Shown here: one piece after another, positions 19,122 to 28,148 of the stretch | Layout of the letters: each line of letters starts with the position of its first letter | Numbering within the stretch: the first letter of the stretch is position 1 | From: Acidobacteriota bacterium | GTDB taxonomy: Bacteria; Acidobacteriota; UBA6911 | Reading direction: 5' to 3' | DNA: 30,876 nucleotides | Assembly: GCA_037441325.1 (NCBI GenBank) | Contig: JBBISO010000002.1 | Location: 267-31,142 of the forward strand | Notes under the pieces: generated by a model | What the model saw: only the letters and a program-made list of their open reading frames with translations | Database searches by the model: none | Told to the model about the DNA's origin: nothing | Made by a program: the position numbers and the translations under genes

Positions 19122-20207
19122 ATGAGGAATATAGGAATGACGCTGCAGTTTGAATCGCCGGTGGTTGCGGCCGCGGTTTTGATATGCACATTATCTATCG
19201 GCATTGCCTTCGCACTAAACAGTCAGTCGAAGCCCGGTGCGGCAGCAAGTCAAAGAGGGAAGGTCCTGGGGCTCGCTTTCAAGAGCGTGCGGGTTTCCGA
19301 CTTGGAAAAAGCGACCATTTACTACCAGGCGTTGGGCTTCGCTGTCGCGGGTGATCCCGATCCGCCCTGGATCAAGAACGAGGCTGCGAACCGCCTGTAC
19401 AATACTCCGGGCGCCATGTCGCGCACCGCGACCCTTACGATCCCCAGCACCAACTCCGGACGGCCTTTTACATTATATTTGCGGGAGTATAAAAACGCCG
19501 GCGGTCGCGGCCGGATCGATTTTCCTCCCCGGCATCCATCGTCAACCCATTTTGGACTGATGGTGCCCGAAGCGGACAATTTGTGGGCGAAGTTGCGGGC
19601 AAGCGGACTGCTCCGGCCGCTATCCTGGGATGGAAAGCTGATCCGCATGCCGGGACAGGCCTCTGCCAGCATCGCTTATATAAGAGACGCGGATGGTTTC
19701 AACGTGGAAATCATCGGCGTCAGCCCGTCAGACCAGGCTAAGGGCCCGACTTTGCACCACATCGGCCATGCCGTCCTGAATTCCGCCAGGGCAAAGGCCT
19801 TTTATGGGGATCTGTTGGGCGCGAAGTTCCCGGATAAGCAGCCCGAATGGTTCAGCGGTGACATGTACGATGCGCCGGTCGGAGGCCATGGTTACGTCCT
19901 ACGGTTCTTCAATGGGGCATTTCCGGAAGCAGCCGCGCCCCAGACCACGATGAATCTTGAGCTGGTCGAGTATCAAAAGCCTGACCGGACGGAGATCGGC
20001 GATTACGCGTATGCTGATATTGCCGTAAGCTGCGTCGGCTTTGAGGTGGAGGGCATCGATGCCCTTTACGCCAGGCTGAAGGCCGCAGGCATAAGAACCT
20101 GGTCGCAGGGCGGCATTGTGCTGCGGTCCGATGGCGTCCGAGCCGTAGTTGTCCGCGATCCCGATGTCGGCGTTTTTATCGAGCTTTTTGAGAAACCGCG
20201 CCGCTAG
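19122..20207 (+). CDS. Two-domain VOC (glyoxalase/bleomycin-resistance) family protein, probably exported
   Basis: N-terminal hydrophobic segment; VSDLEKATIYYQALG, HFGL, RDADGFNVEI, HHIGH, LELVEY, RDPDVGVFIELFE. Confidence 0.8.
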   Translation: MRNIGMTLQFESPVVAAAVLICTLSIGIAFALNSQSKPGAAASQRGKVLGLAFKSVRVSDLEKATIYYQALGFAVAGDPDPPWIKNEAANRLYNTPGAMSRTATLTIPSTNSGRPFTLYLREYKNAGGRGRIDFPPRHPSSTHFGLMVPEADNLWAKLRASGLLRPLSWDGKLIRMPGQASASIAYIRDADGFNVEIIGVSPSDQAKGPTLHHIGHAVLNSARAKAFYGDLLGAKFPDKQPEWFSGDMYDAPVGGHGYVLRFFNGAFPEAAAPQTTMNLELVEYQKPDRTEIGDYAYADIAVSCVGFEVEGIDALYARLKAAGIRTWSQGGIVLRSDGVRAVVVRDPDVGVFIELFEKPRR

Positions 20208-20384
20208 CCTGCATTTCTTACCGGGTTTCGTCGCGGGGCGAGGCAGATGGGCATGTATACAAGGCGCGCGGCTTGTGCGGGCGGGTCTGAAGCCCCGTCC
20301 TCACCGGGAACGCAACGTGGTAGACATGCCCGGATCCGCCGGCGCGGTGAAGCGGGCCGACATGGCGATGGTATTCGCAGGATA
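20204..20384. repeat. Copy of the CCYGCATTT miniature element, inverted relative to 5075-5269
   Basis: Starts CTAG-CCTGCATTTCTTACC on the VOC stop codon. Its reverse complement aligns with copy 1 (…AGACCCGCCC…GCGCGCCTTGTAT…CGCGACGAAACC…AGAAATGC.GG). Confidence 0.8.
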
Positions 20385-20421
20385 TTCGCCTGAAGGGCTC
20401 CTTCACCATAGCCGCCGCCAC

Positions 20422-22014
20422 TCATTTATCCGGGAGTTCTTTCTCCAGAGATATTTCGGGGACGGTGCAGATAAGCAAGAAGGATATGAGCATCGCGATC
20501 GCGGCCATCCAGAAAATGCTCCTCAAACCAGCTTCCATAGAAATGCGGATGGCTTGAACGGTTTGCTGGAAGAGAGCCTGTCCGTTGCCGCCCATTTTAT
20601 TAAATGTTTCCTCAAGCGCGGCCATAGCCGGTTTCGATAGAAGCACGCGCGAATTGCCGATGGAAGCCATGGTCGCTTCGTCCGCCGCCTGTTTCAACTC
20701 CGGGGGGAGCGAAGTTGCAAGTTTTTTGGCGTAAGTGGCATTCATGGCCGAACCAAGAAGCGCGGGTGAAAGCGCGCCGCCCATGGAGACGCTGAAGAAA
20801 ATGGCGCCCATCACCACACCCAGAAGTCTTTTCGGAACGGAATTTTGAACGACCATCGTATTCACAGTCGGAATGGCGCCCAGTCCAAGGCCGGCCATCG
20901 TGGCGGCGACCACGCTCCACAAAACCGGAGTCTCGGCAGTAAAGAAGATGACTCCGAACATGTCGGTGGTCAGGATGGCGAAGCTAATAATGTATATCCA
21001 TTTATAGCGCTTTGTCCGCGCGAGCAGGAACCCGGTCGGCACCCCCATGAAGGCGAATAGAACACTAAAAGGAGTGACGATCTGCCCGCTCCGCGTGGCG
21101 CTGATGCTTTGAACGCCCTGGAGGAACATCGGAAAGTACATCATCATAGCGATCTGCGCGAAAAACGAAAGAAGGGTGGCGATGGCGACGGTCATAAAGG
21201 TCCGATTCCTCAGAACCTGGGGATCCAGAATAGGCTCTTTCACCTGTGCTTCGGCCCGCAGAAAGAGCGTCCAAAAGATCAGTGAAACGCCGAGCAGGCC
21301 GATGATTTGCGTGGATGTCCAGGCGTAGGTGCTGCCCGCAAATGAAAGGCCGAGGATCATGGTTGGGGCGGCTACCGCCACCAGAACGCACCCGCGGACA
21401 TCGATTTTATGAGCAACCCTTTTGACCAGCGATGGGACGCCTTTATGGACCAATAGAAAACAGGTCGCAAGGAGGGGCGCCGACATCCAGAAAATGTAGC
21501 GCCAGCTCAAATTATCTACAAACCATCCGCCCAGTGTGGGCCCGAAGAGAGCGAAAATACCGGCCGGTATATTGAGCATCCCGACCCATTTGCTACGCTC
21601 CGCGGGCGGATACATGTCTCCCAGCACCGAATAGCCGAGCATCATCACGGCGCTCGAACCCACGCGGGCTATTGAACTGGCGGCAATGAGAAATATAAAA
21701 GTCGGGCTGATTGCGCTCAGGACTACCCCCGCGAGGAAGAATCCCAGGGACACCAGCAGCATGATCCGGCGTCCATACATGTCGGAAAATTTGCCGAAAA
21801 TGAGGGTTACAAAAGCGGCTGCCAGCGCGGGAATCGAGATGGAATAGGAGTAAAGCGACATACCGTCCAGATCCGCCGCCATTCTCGGCCTGGCAATATT
21901 GATCGTCTGCACAAAATAATTCATAGTGCCGTAAACGGCGAAAACGGCAACCAGTCCCAGGATTACCTGATTCCTGGAGGATTGGAAATGCGCGGGAGAT
22001 TGCTCCGGGAGCAT
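20422..22014 (-). CDS. MFS DHA2 (EmrB/QacA-like, 14 TMS) efflux transporter
   Basis: Motif A GKFSDMYGRR, motif C FGPTLGGWF, WRYIFW, EPILDPQVLRNRTF. SD AGGAG precedes ATG 22014; the track start is 22056. Confidence 0.9.
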   Translation of the reverse strand: MLPEQSPAHFQSSRNQVILGLVAVFAVYGTMNYFVQTINIARPRMAADLDGMSLYSYSISIPALAAAFVTLIFGKFSDMYGRRIMLLVSLGFFLAGVVLSAISPTFIFLIAASSIARVGSSAVMMLGYSVLGDMYPPAERSKWVGMLNIPAGIFALFGPTLGGWFVDNLSWRYIFWMSAPLLATCFLLVHKGVPSLVKRVAHKIDVRGCVLVAVAAPTMILGLSFAGSTYAWTSTQIIGLLGVSLIFWTLFLRAEAQVKEPILDPQVLRNRTFMTVAIATLLSFFAQIAMMMYFPMFLQGVQSISATRSGQIVTPFSVLFAFMGVPTGFLLARTKRYKWIYIISFAILTTDMFGVIFFTAETPVLWSVVAATMAGLGLGAIPTVNTMVVQNSVPKRLLGVVMGAIFFSVSMGGALSPALLGSAMNATYAKKLATSLPPELKQAADEATMASIGNSRVLLSKPAMAALEETFNKMGGNGQALFQQTVQAIRISMEAGLRSIFWMAAIAMLISFLLICTVPEISLEKELPDK

Positions 22015-22083
22015 CTTTGTTTCTCCTCTTATGTTGCGAACGCGGATTTCAGACAAGGAAGGTCGATATCGGATTCAGCGTTG

Positions 22084-22097
22084 GTTTTCATGAAAAC
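22084..22097. promoter_or_regulatory. Perfect 14-bp palindrome, possible operator
   Basis: GTTTTCATGAAAAC, 70 bp upstream of the DHA2 MFS start in a divergent intergenic region. Function inferred only. Confidence 0.35.
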
Positions 22098-22532
22098 GAG
22101 AAGCAGATATAGATTCCTATTTCAAACCACATAGTCTGGAGCCCCTGCGCCATTTCGGTTCGCCTGCTTTTGGTAATAAGCTCTGAGGACTCATTCGAAA
22201 AGGGCGAGGCAGGATACGAAATAGTAAGACTCGGTGCAACTGAAATACTAATATTTAAAATCGGGGCCATGAATGAATGAGCTGCGGCCATTTCGTTGAT
22301 CAGAGCCATATGGAGAGATTCAATGTCTGAATGCGGCTGTAGTAATAAAGAAGGAACCGCCGACCTTGAAAGCAGGACGCTGCGGGTTCTTCTGGCAATC
22401 AATGCTCTCACATTTTAGTTTTTATGTTGCGCGGCGGAGCTCGAATCCTGGGGAGGCTTCGGAAGCTCGTTTGTTCGCGTAAGGGTCCACATCGGAACGA
22501 GAGATGAGCATCTTAGATAAGGGAGGGTGGAT

Positions 22533-23285
22533 ATGTTCAAGGTCAGAGCCACGGTTATTGGGTTCGGCGGTGATGAGGAAAAATATCCTTGCCACTTTCA
22601 GCATAAAATAGGCGACGAATTCATTTATGACGGAGAGAAGTATATCGGCCGGATCTGTCCCGGCATGTCGGCTGTTCTGGTGCCCAAAATGATGAGCATT
22701 TTTGCCGCAGGTCCCAGAAAAGTACCGCTGCCGACTTACTATTATGCCTTCTGGTACGCCCCGGTCAGCCGCAGGGATCTAAGCAAGAAAATATATGACG
22801 GCATCGGTTTCAGAAATGTTTTGCGCACCGAAATCGAGCCCAAAGGCTCGATTGCCGCCCTCCAGCCAAAGCATGCCTTTCAGTGGCCGCCCGTCAGTGA
22901 AAGAATTGTCGGCCTGGACACTTCCATCGTGGCCTGCGGGGACACGCGGACTTTGATGCAGATGAAAGTGGAAGCATTTGATCTGGCTGATAAGGGTGAT
23001 TCGGTGACTTATTTCAGGAGGGAGATGTCCATCCTGCACAAAGTGCAACCGAAGCCGGGCATTAAGGTAGCTAACATCCTCGAGGAATTTACCCGCGAAG
23101 AAATCGAGGAAATTTATCCGGCACTAAGCCCGATCATGATTCAAGTCCTGTCGGAGGAGCTCGAATTGATGGGATATCTGGAAATCAGGAAAGGGAGAGC
23201 CTCGGTCACCGAGAAAGGTGCGGCCAAACTTAAGGCGTTTAAGAAGAACCTGACTCCGGAGGAAAGAAGAGCCCTCAGGATGTAG
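22533..23285 (+). CDS. Conserved hypothetical: Cys-containing TIGR04076-like N-terminus plus winged-helix-like C-terminus
   Basis: SD GGGAGG at 22521-22526. KVRATV...YPCHFQHKIGDEF...GRICP resembles the TIGR04076 pattern. EELELMGYLEIRKGRASVTEKG resembles a wHTH wing. Confidence 0.65.
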   Translation: MFKVRATVIGFGGDEEKYPCHFQHKIGDEFIYDGEKYIGRICPGMSAVLVPKMMSIFAAGPRKVPLPTYYYAFWYAPVSRRDLSKKIYDGIGFRNVLRTEIEPKGSIAALQPKHAFQWPPVSERIVGLDTSIVACGDTRTLMQMKVEAFDLADKGDSVTYFRREMSILHKVQPKPGIKVANILEEFTREEIEEIYPALSPIMIQVLSEELELMGYLEIRKGRASVTEKGAAKLKAFKKNLTPEERRALRM

Positions 23286-23697
23286 GGGCGGCGTGGAGGG
23301 CACTCTTGCTTCCGGATGCAGCACCGCCTTTTGCCGTATTTGTCTTGAAAGCAGAAATGCCGAACCGCCGGGCTTTCGCGTGGCGGCGGCGCATGTGGGC
23401 GGTTTCAGTCCCGAATCTTGTCCGGAGGAGAATTGGGCCATGCGTCCCATCCTTGTCATAGCCGTTGTTGTTTCTTTTGTCCTCTTCAAATTTGGATTGA
23501 TCTTCGCGACCCGGCAAACGTATTCTCTTATTTCAAATTGAAAACCTTTTTTCAGGATGGGGGCAGCATGCCCATGTTTTCAATTCCGATGGAGTCGTGG
23601 CAAAGAGTGCCAGGCTCATTTTACTCATGAAGCATTTACAATTGTTGCCGGAATTTTTCTTAAGCTGGTACAACCAATCGCGTTACAGGAGGTTTCA

Positions 23698-24102
23698 ATG
23701 AATACTGCATTCGAGTTTTTAAAGGCCAATCCCGTTTTTCACCTTGCGACCGTTGATGGTGACAAGGCCAGGGTTCGTCCCTTTGGTTTTACGATGAAAA
23801 GGAATAATGCCCTTTACATGTGCACGAACAAAACAAAGGAAGTATTCAAACAGCTGGTCAAAAATCCCAATATTGAAATTTCCGCCATGGGCACCGAGGG
23901 AACTTGGCTGCGAGTCCGGGGCAAGGTTGCGGCAGACGACAGCCGCGAGGCGAAGGCTCAGGCATTTGCGGAAGCTTCCCAGCTTCTGCAGATCTATCCC
24001 AAAGGGGCGGACGACGAAACCTTTGTAACCTTATATTTTACTGAGGCGCAGGCGACCTTGTATTCGTTTGGCAAGCCTCCGAAAAGCCTGCCTTTGCTTT
24101 AA
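23698..24102 (+). CDS. Pyridoxamine 5'-phosphate oxidase-like (NimC/NimA-type) FMN-binding protein
   Basis: FHLATVDGDKARVRPFG, LYMCTNKTKEVFKQL..NP.IEI, WLRVRG. SD AGGAGG precedes ATG 23698. Confidence 0.9.
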   Translation: MNTAFEFLKANPVFHLATVDGDKARVRPFGFTMKRNNALYMCTNKTKEVFKQLVKNPNIEISAMGTEGTWLRVRGKVAADDSREAKAQAFAEASQLLQIYPKGADDETFVTLYFTEAQATLYSFGKPPKSLPLL

Positions 24103-24271
24103 CCTGCATTTATCGCAAGGTTTCCACTGCGGCGGCTCATCCGGGCATGTCCACTGTGTTGGGTTCCCATGTGGGGTTGCGCTTGGAGACCCGCCCGCGC
24201 ATGTCGCGCATCTTGTATTCATGCCCGTCTGCGCCGCCTCGCCGCCAACCCTTGTGAAAAATGCGGGCTGA
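24099..24271. repeat. Copy of the CCYGCATTT miniature element
   Basis: TTAA-CCTGCATTTATCGCAAGG on the stop codon; ends CCTTGTGAAAAATGCGGG-CTGA. Interior matches copy 1 (ACTGCGGCGGC.CATCC.GGCATGT, GGAGACCCGCCC, CTTGTAT..A..CCCGTCTGCG). Confidence 0.85.
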
Positions 24272-24646
24272 CGGCTTGGCGGATGCAGAATTTGCGCACA
24301 TGAGCGGCCCATATGCGGCGGACGCCCTGCGGTGCGCTTTTTCTCATAACATCCAGCCGTAACTGACCGATTGCTCCCTCCGGATTGCCTGCTGTTGATC
24401 CCAACCCACATCCGGCATACAATGCGATTCTTTTGCAGGTGATTGAAGAACCATATGCGCTTAAAAAGCAAACCGCAAAGACCTCCAAGCAAAAGGGATG
24501 CTTTGAGGTCTTGAAGGTCTTCGTGGTTGGAGGGAGCGTGCTAAAAAATGGATTGGAAATACCCTCTGGACCGGCGCATCTGAAAGCATAGGCATTAGAG
24601 GTAGTTCTTAAATCACCTAATTCTTTTGGCGTAATACCCGGAATCG

Positions 24647-26826
24647 ATGGATGGTGATATGGCGTTTTTTACTATTATGATGTTCTTGGCGGCGGCAAGT
24701 GCGCAAGGAATTAAAGACGAAATCATGCAGCATGAGCGGAGGCTGGAATCGGTCAAGATCAGCGAAAAAATAGTTATCGATGGGAAACTGGAAGAGGAAA
24801 GCTGGGGCAAGGCTCCCGTAGCAACCGGCTTCATTCAAAACGAACCTCAGCCCGGCGAACCTGCGTCAGAGCAAACGGAGGTGCGGGTGCTCTACGATAA
24901 CGAGAATATCTATTTCGGCTTTGTAATGAAGGAAAGCCGGATGGATGAGATCGTGATCAATGAACTGGACAAGGATTTTTCCCGGAGATACACCGACACC
25001 ATTGAGGTTATTCTGGACACGTTCCACGACAAGCGCAATGGGTACTTATTTTCGACCAACGCGGCCGGCGCCAAGTATGACGCACAGATGATCAACGAAG
25101 GACGGCCACGGACGCGGACTGGGATGGCATCTGGTATGTCAAGACCTCGCGCGCCGGGGACCACTGGATCGCCGAGATGGCCATACCCCTAAAAACTCTG
25201 AGGTTCCAGAACTCCGCCATCCAGACTTGGGGAATCAATTTCCACCGCAACTTGCGCAGCGGCGGCCGCAACGAAGACAGCTACTGGTCGCCGCTGCCGC
25301 GCATTTATGATGTTAGTCGTGTTTCCCTGGCGGGAACTCTGGAAAACCTCGAGGAAATCAAGCCGGGAGCAAATCTGAAGATCAAGCCGTATTTGTCGGG
25401 CAGCCTGCACAAAGCCGGTGATAGAAACACCGAAACCGACGCCGAGCTCGGATTCGACATAAAGTACGGCATTACCAACGGCTTCACATGGGATTTTACC
25501 TATAACACGGACTTTTCTCAGGTTGAAGCGGACGAGCAGCAAATTAATCTCACCCGTTTCAGCCTCTTTTTCCCCGAGAAGCGGGATTTTTTCCTGGAGA
25601 ATTCGGGAATTTTCAATTTCGGGTCCAGCGGCATATTCGGAATGAACAACGACATGATCTTCTTCTTCAGCCGCAGGATCGGGCTGTCGGATGACGGCAA
25701 AGCCATCCCGATTCTTGGAGGGACAAAAATAACCGGCCGGGCCGCCGACTGGGAACTCGGTTTTATTAACATGCAGCAGAAGGAATTCGAAAGCAACAGA
25801 GCCACAAACTTCACCGTGGGCCGATTGCGGCGGAACGTAATGGCCAATTCCGATGTGGGAATCATGCTGACGAACAAGGAGGTCGAAGGTCCCCACTACA
25901 ACCGGGTATTGGGAGCAGATGCCAATTTCCGTTTCGGTCAGGCCCTGAGCATCAACGGCTATCTGGCAAAATCGTTCAGTCCGCTGGCCGGCAGGGACGA
26001 AGAAAACCTGGCTTACAATGCGGGCATCGATTATCAGGACGGGACCTATATCGTCAACGCGACCTATACCGGCATTCAAAAGAGTTTTACCAACGAGATG
26101 GGTTTCGTCCCGCGCCGGGGAATCGGCAAGTTTTGGGGTTTTTTTGCTTACGACTGGCGTCCCGCTAGCCTGCGGAAATGGATTCGAAGTTTGAGACCTC
26201 ATGTGCCAATCACCTACATAAGCGATGCCGAAGGCAAAATTGAAACGCGCGAAGTGGACTATCACCTCGGCGTAAATTTCCAGAACGGCTCGGCAATAGA
26301 GATGGGAACAGGAGCATCGCTCGAGAATATTTATCAACCATTTACTATTTCCAACAACCGCATCAAGGTGCCGGCAAGTCTCTACAAGCACCGCAACTAC
26401 TTCATCCGGGGTAATTCAGACCGGTCGCGCCGCCTTTCCGGAAGCGGGCGGTTTGAAGTCGGCGAATTCTACGGGGGCTACAAGCATACTTATATGCTCG
26501 GCGCAAGCTACCGCTTCAACCATAAGCTGAACGCCGACTTTAATTACACCCACAACAACATTTCATTGCCGCAACCCAACGGGCACTTCAAAACCAACCT
26601 GCTGCTGATGAGATTTAATTATTCCTTCTCGACTACCGTATTCCTAAAGGCCCTGGTTCAGTACAACAGCGATTTGCGCCTGTGGAGCTCGAATATCCGT
26701 TTCAATATCATCCATCGCCCGCTGAGCGACTTCTTTCTGGTTTACAACGAACAGCGCGATGAGTTTTCGGGCAAACTCCTGGACCGGGCCGTCATCGCGA
26801 AATTCACCTACATGTTCGTGAAATAA
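24647..26826 (+). pseudogene. Carbohydrate-binding family 9-like/DUF5916 outer-membrane-type protein, single frameshift at about 25106
   Basis: IDGKLEEESW, VRVLYDNENIYFG, DTFHDKRNGYLFSTN in frame 1. (A)DWDGIWYVKT...WIAEMAIP...WGINF...NTDFSQVEAD...FFPEKRDFFLEN in the frame of 25177. One base is missing at GGACGG-CC-ACGGAC. Could be a sequencing error. Confidence 0.85.
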
Positions 26827-26827
26827 T

Positions 26828-26847
26828 AATCCGGCAGCCGCCGGATT
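26828..26847. terminator. Hairpin between convergent genes, possible terminator
   Basis: AATCCGGC-AGCC-GCCGGATT, 8-bp perfect stem. A U-rich tail exists only on the minus strand. Confidence 0.45.
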
Positions 26848-26868
26848 CAGGATTGCCTGCCGCGCTGG

Positions 26869-26905
26869 CCCGCATTTCTACCAGGGTTTCGCAGCGGATC
26901 CGCTG
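26869..26905. repeat. Terminal fragment of the CCYGCATTT miniature element
   Basis: CCCGCATTTCTACCAGGGTTTCG resembles CCTGCATTTCTTACCGGGTTTCG at 20208. Confidence 0.55.
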
Positions 26906-26927
26906 GGCTGCGAGTTGGTATTCTCCG

Positions 26928-27402
26928 TTTGAGAAGTTCACCGTGAATTCTCGGCGCCCCCCACATAGGATTTTCCTTAGCCATCTGCCGAATGATAGCT
27001 CGAACCTCGGCCTCGATTCTCGGCCTGCCAAAACTCTTTGTCCTCGATCGGATTCGCCAAAACGGACGAGATCCGGCTCGATGCCAGGCGATTACGGTTT
27101 CCGGCTTAACAATGGTCAGGGCATTGGACCAAGCGGGCCAAAGCTGGCGGAGCAGAATCCAAAACACGCGATCTCCCACCCTCAGTCGAGGGCGAGGATG
27201 TTTCCGCTTAAGTACGCCCAATTGCTGACGCAGGGCAATGATCTCGAGGCTGAGGTTGTGACGGGAACGGAAGAAGGCACTGAAAAAGGCGAGGAATCCT
27301 TGGAAAAATGGAATCATGATCCAGGATTTATAGCATGCGCGGCCACAACTGTGTCGGCTTTAGCTTATTGAATTTACCGCATTACGGACTTTTGGCGACA
27401 CA
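26928..27402 (-). mobile_element. Truncated IS remnant (integrase-core/rve transposase, IS3/IS481-like; N-terminal part only)
   Basis: EIIALRQQL.VLKR..PRPRL...DR.FW..L...W..W..AL.IVKPETV..WHRAG...GRPRI...IRQMAKENP.WGAPRIHGELLK, breaking at about 26928 before the DDE domain. TGT-initiated end TGTGTCGCCAAAAGTCC at about 27402. Confidence 0.85.
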
Positions 27403-27439
27403 CAAGCGGGTGGAAGGCTCGGGGAAGATCGAACGATCT

Positions 27440-27473
27440 CCGGCGCCGGCCGCGCCTGATGCCGATGTTAGGC
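27440..27473 (+). other. Right half of an attC-like site (core GTTAGGC)
   Basis: …CGCGCCTGATGCCGAT-GTTAGGC (27467-27473) matches the GTTRRRY core. The RYYYAAC half is not seen, and the IS end lies about 65 bp upstream. Confidence 0.55.
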
Positions 27474-27492
27474 TCATTTATAAAATGATCAG

Positions 27493-27521
27493 TTGATCCT
27501 TCAATTTATTCTGGCTATAAT
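27493..27521 (+). promoter_or_regulatory. Sigma70-type promoter for the TA operon
   Basis: TTGATC (27493-27498), 17-nt spacer, TATAAT (27516-27521). ATG follows 9 nt later with no SD. Confidence 0.7.
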
Positions 27522-27530
27522 CTGGCTAGA

Positions 27531-27824
27531 ATGCGTTACGAAATATTGCTGGCCCCGGAAGCAGCGAATGATTTGAAGCGCTTCAAGCCGCATCTGCGTG
27601 CCGAGGTCCGAAATGCTCTTGAGCGTCATCTCCGCCATGAGCCAATGAAGACCAGCAAGAGTCGTATCAAACGTCTGCGGGGGCTATCCAGGCCTCAGTA
27701 CCGACTTCGCGTTGGCGAAATCCGGATTTTCTACGATGTTTACAATGACGCCGTTGAAGTGCTCGCAATTGTCGCGAAATCACAAAGCGAGGCCAGGCTT
27801 AAAGAGGCAGGTGAATCCATATGA
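27531..27824 (+). CDS. RelE/ParE-family type II toxin
   Basis: YEILLAPEAANDL...IKRLRG...QYRLRVGEIRIFYDV...VEVLAI. Confidence 0.9.
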   Translation: MRYEILLAPEAANDLKRFKPHLRAEVRNALERHLRHEPMKTSKSRIKRLRGLSRPQYRLRVGEIRIFYDVYNDAVEVLAIVAKSQSEARLKEAGESI

Positions 27825-28069
27825 AAAAAGCGGCGCTCTCTGAAGTCAAAGACGATCTATCCAAGTATCTGCGGCATGCAGAGAAGGAGGAGGTTGTGAT
27901 TACAAGGCATGGTCGGCCGGCTGGCCTTTTAATCGGCTTCGCGACCGAGGAGGACTGGTTGGATTACCGGCTTGAACATGATCTCCGGTTTTTAGAACGA
28001 ATCGAAGCTGCGCGTCGAAGTATCAAGTCAGGCCGCGGCATTAGGGTTGAGGATATCGAAACCCTCTAA
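27821..28069 (+). CDS. Phd/YefM-family antitoxin
   Basis: LSEVKDDLSKYLR.AE.EEVVITRHGRPAGLL; ATGA overlap with the toxin stop. Confidence 0.9.
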   Translation: MKKAALSEVKDDLSKYLRHAEKEEVVITRHGRPAGLLIGFATEEDWLDYRLEHDLRFLERIEAARRSIKSGRGIRVEDIETL

Positions 28070-28084
28070 CCCACTAGAAAGAGA

Positions 28085-28148
28085 GCCTGACTATTCGCTG
28101 CAGCGGACGGCGCAAAAAGCGCGCCACGGCTGCGCTCAAACGTTGGGC
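28085..28148 (+). other. attC-like integron cassette recombination site (64 bp)
   Basis: R'' GCCTGAC ... R' GTTGGGC; L'' GCTGCAGC / L' GCTGCGC with one extrahelical base; central hairpin GGCGC-AAAAA-GCGCGCC. Lies 15 nt after the antitoxin stop. Confidence 0.75.

Noticed and set aside
22088-22411. 107-aa minus-strand ORF
   Set aside because: No recognisable motif, Ser-rich low-information composition, no clear SD; likely spurious within a regulatory region.
19008-23285. Genome-wide TAG reassignment
   Set aside because: Well-formed genes (fumarase, VOC protein, 22533-23285) end in TAG at what appear to be their natural C-termini.
23285-23420. GCATGTGGGCGGTTTCAG resembling the interior of the CCYGCATTT element
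   Set aside because: Similarity is short and both terminal repeats are absent; not enough to call a copy.
25189-26391. Long antisense or shadow ORFs (this 400-aa one, also 1467-2036, 2607-3305, 4469-5254, 6808-7569, 15633-16358)
   Set aside because: Each overlaps a well-supported gene on the opposite strand or in another frame and lacks motifs; typical of GC-rich DNA.
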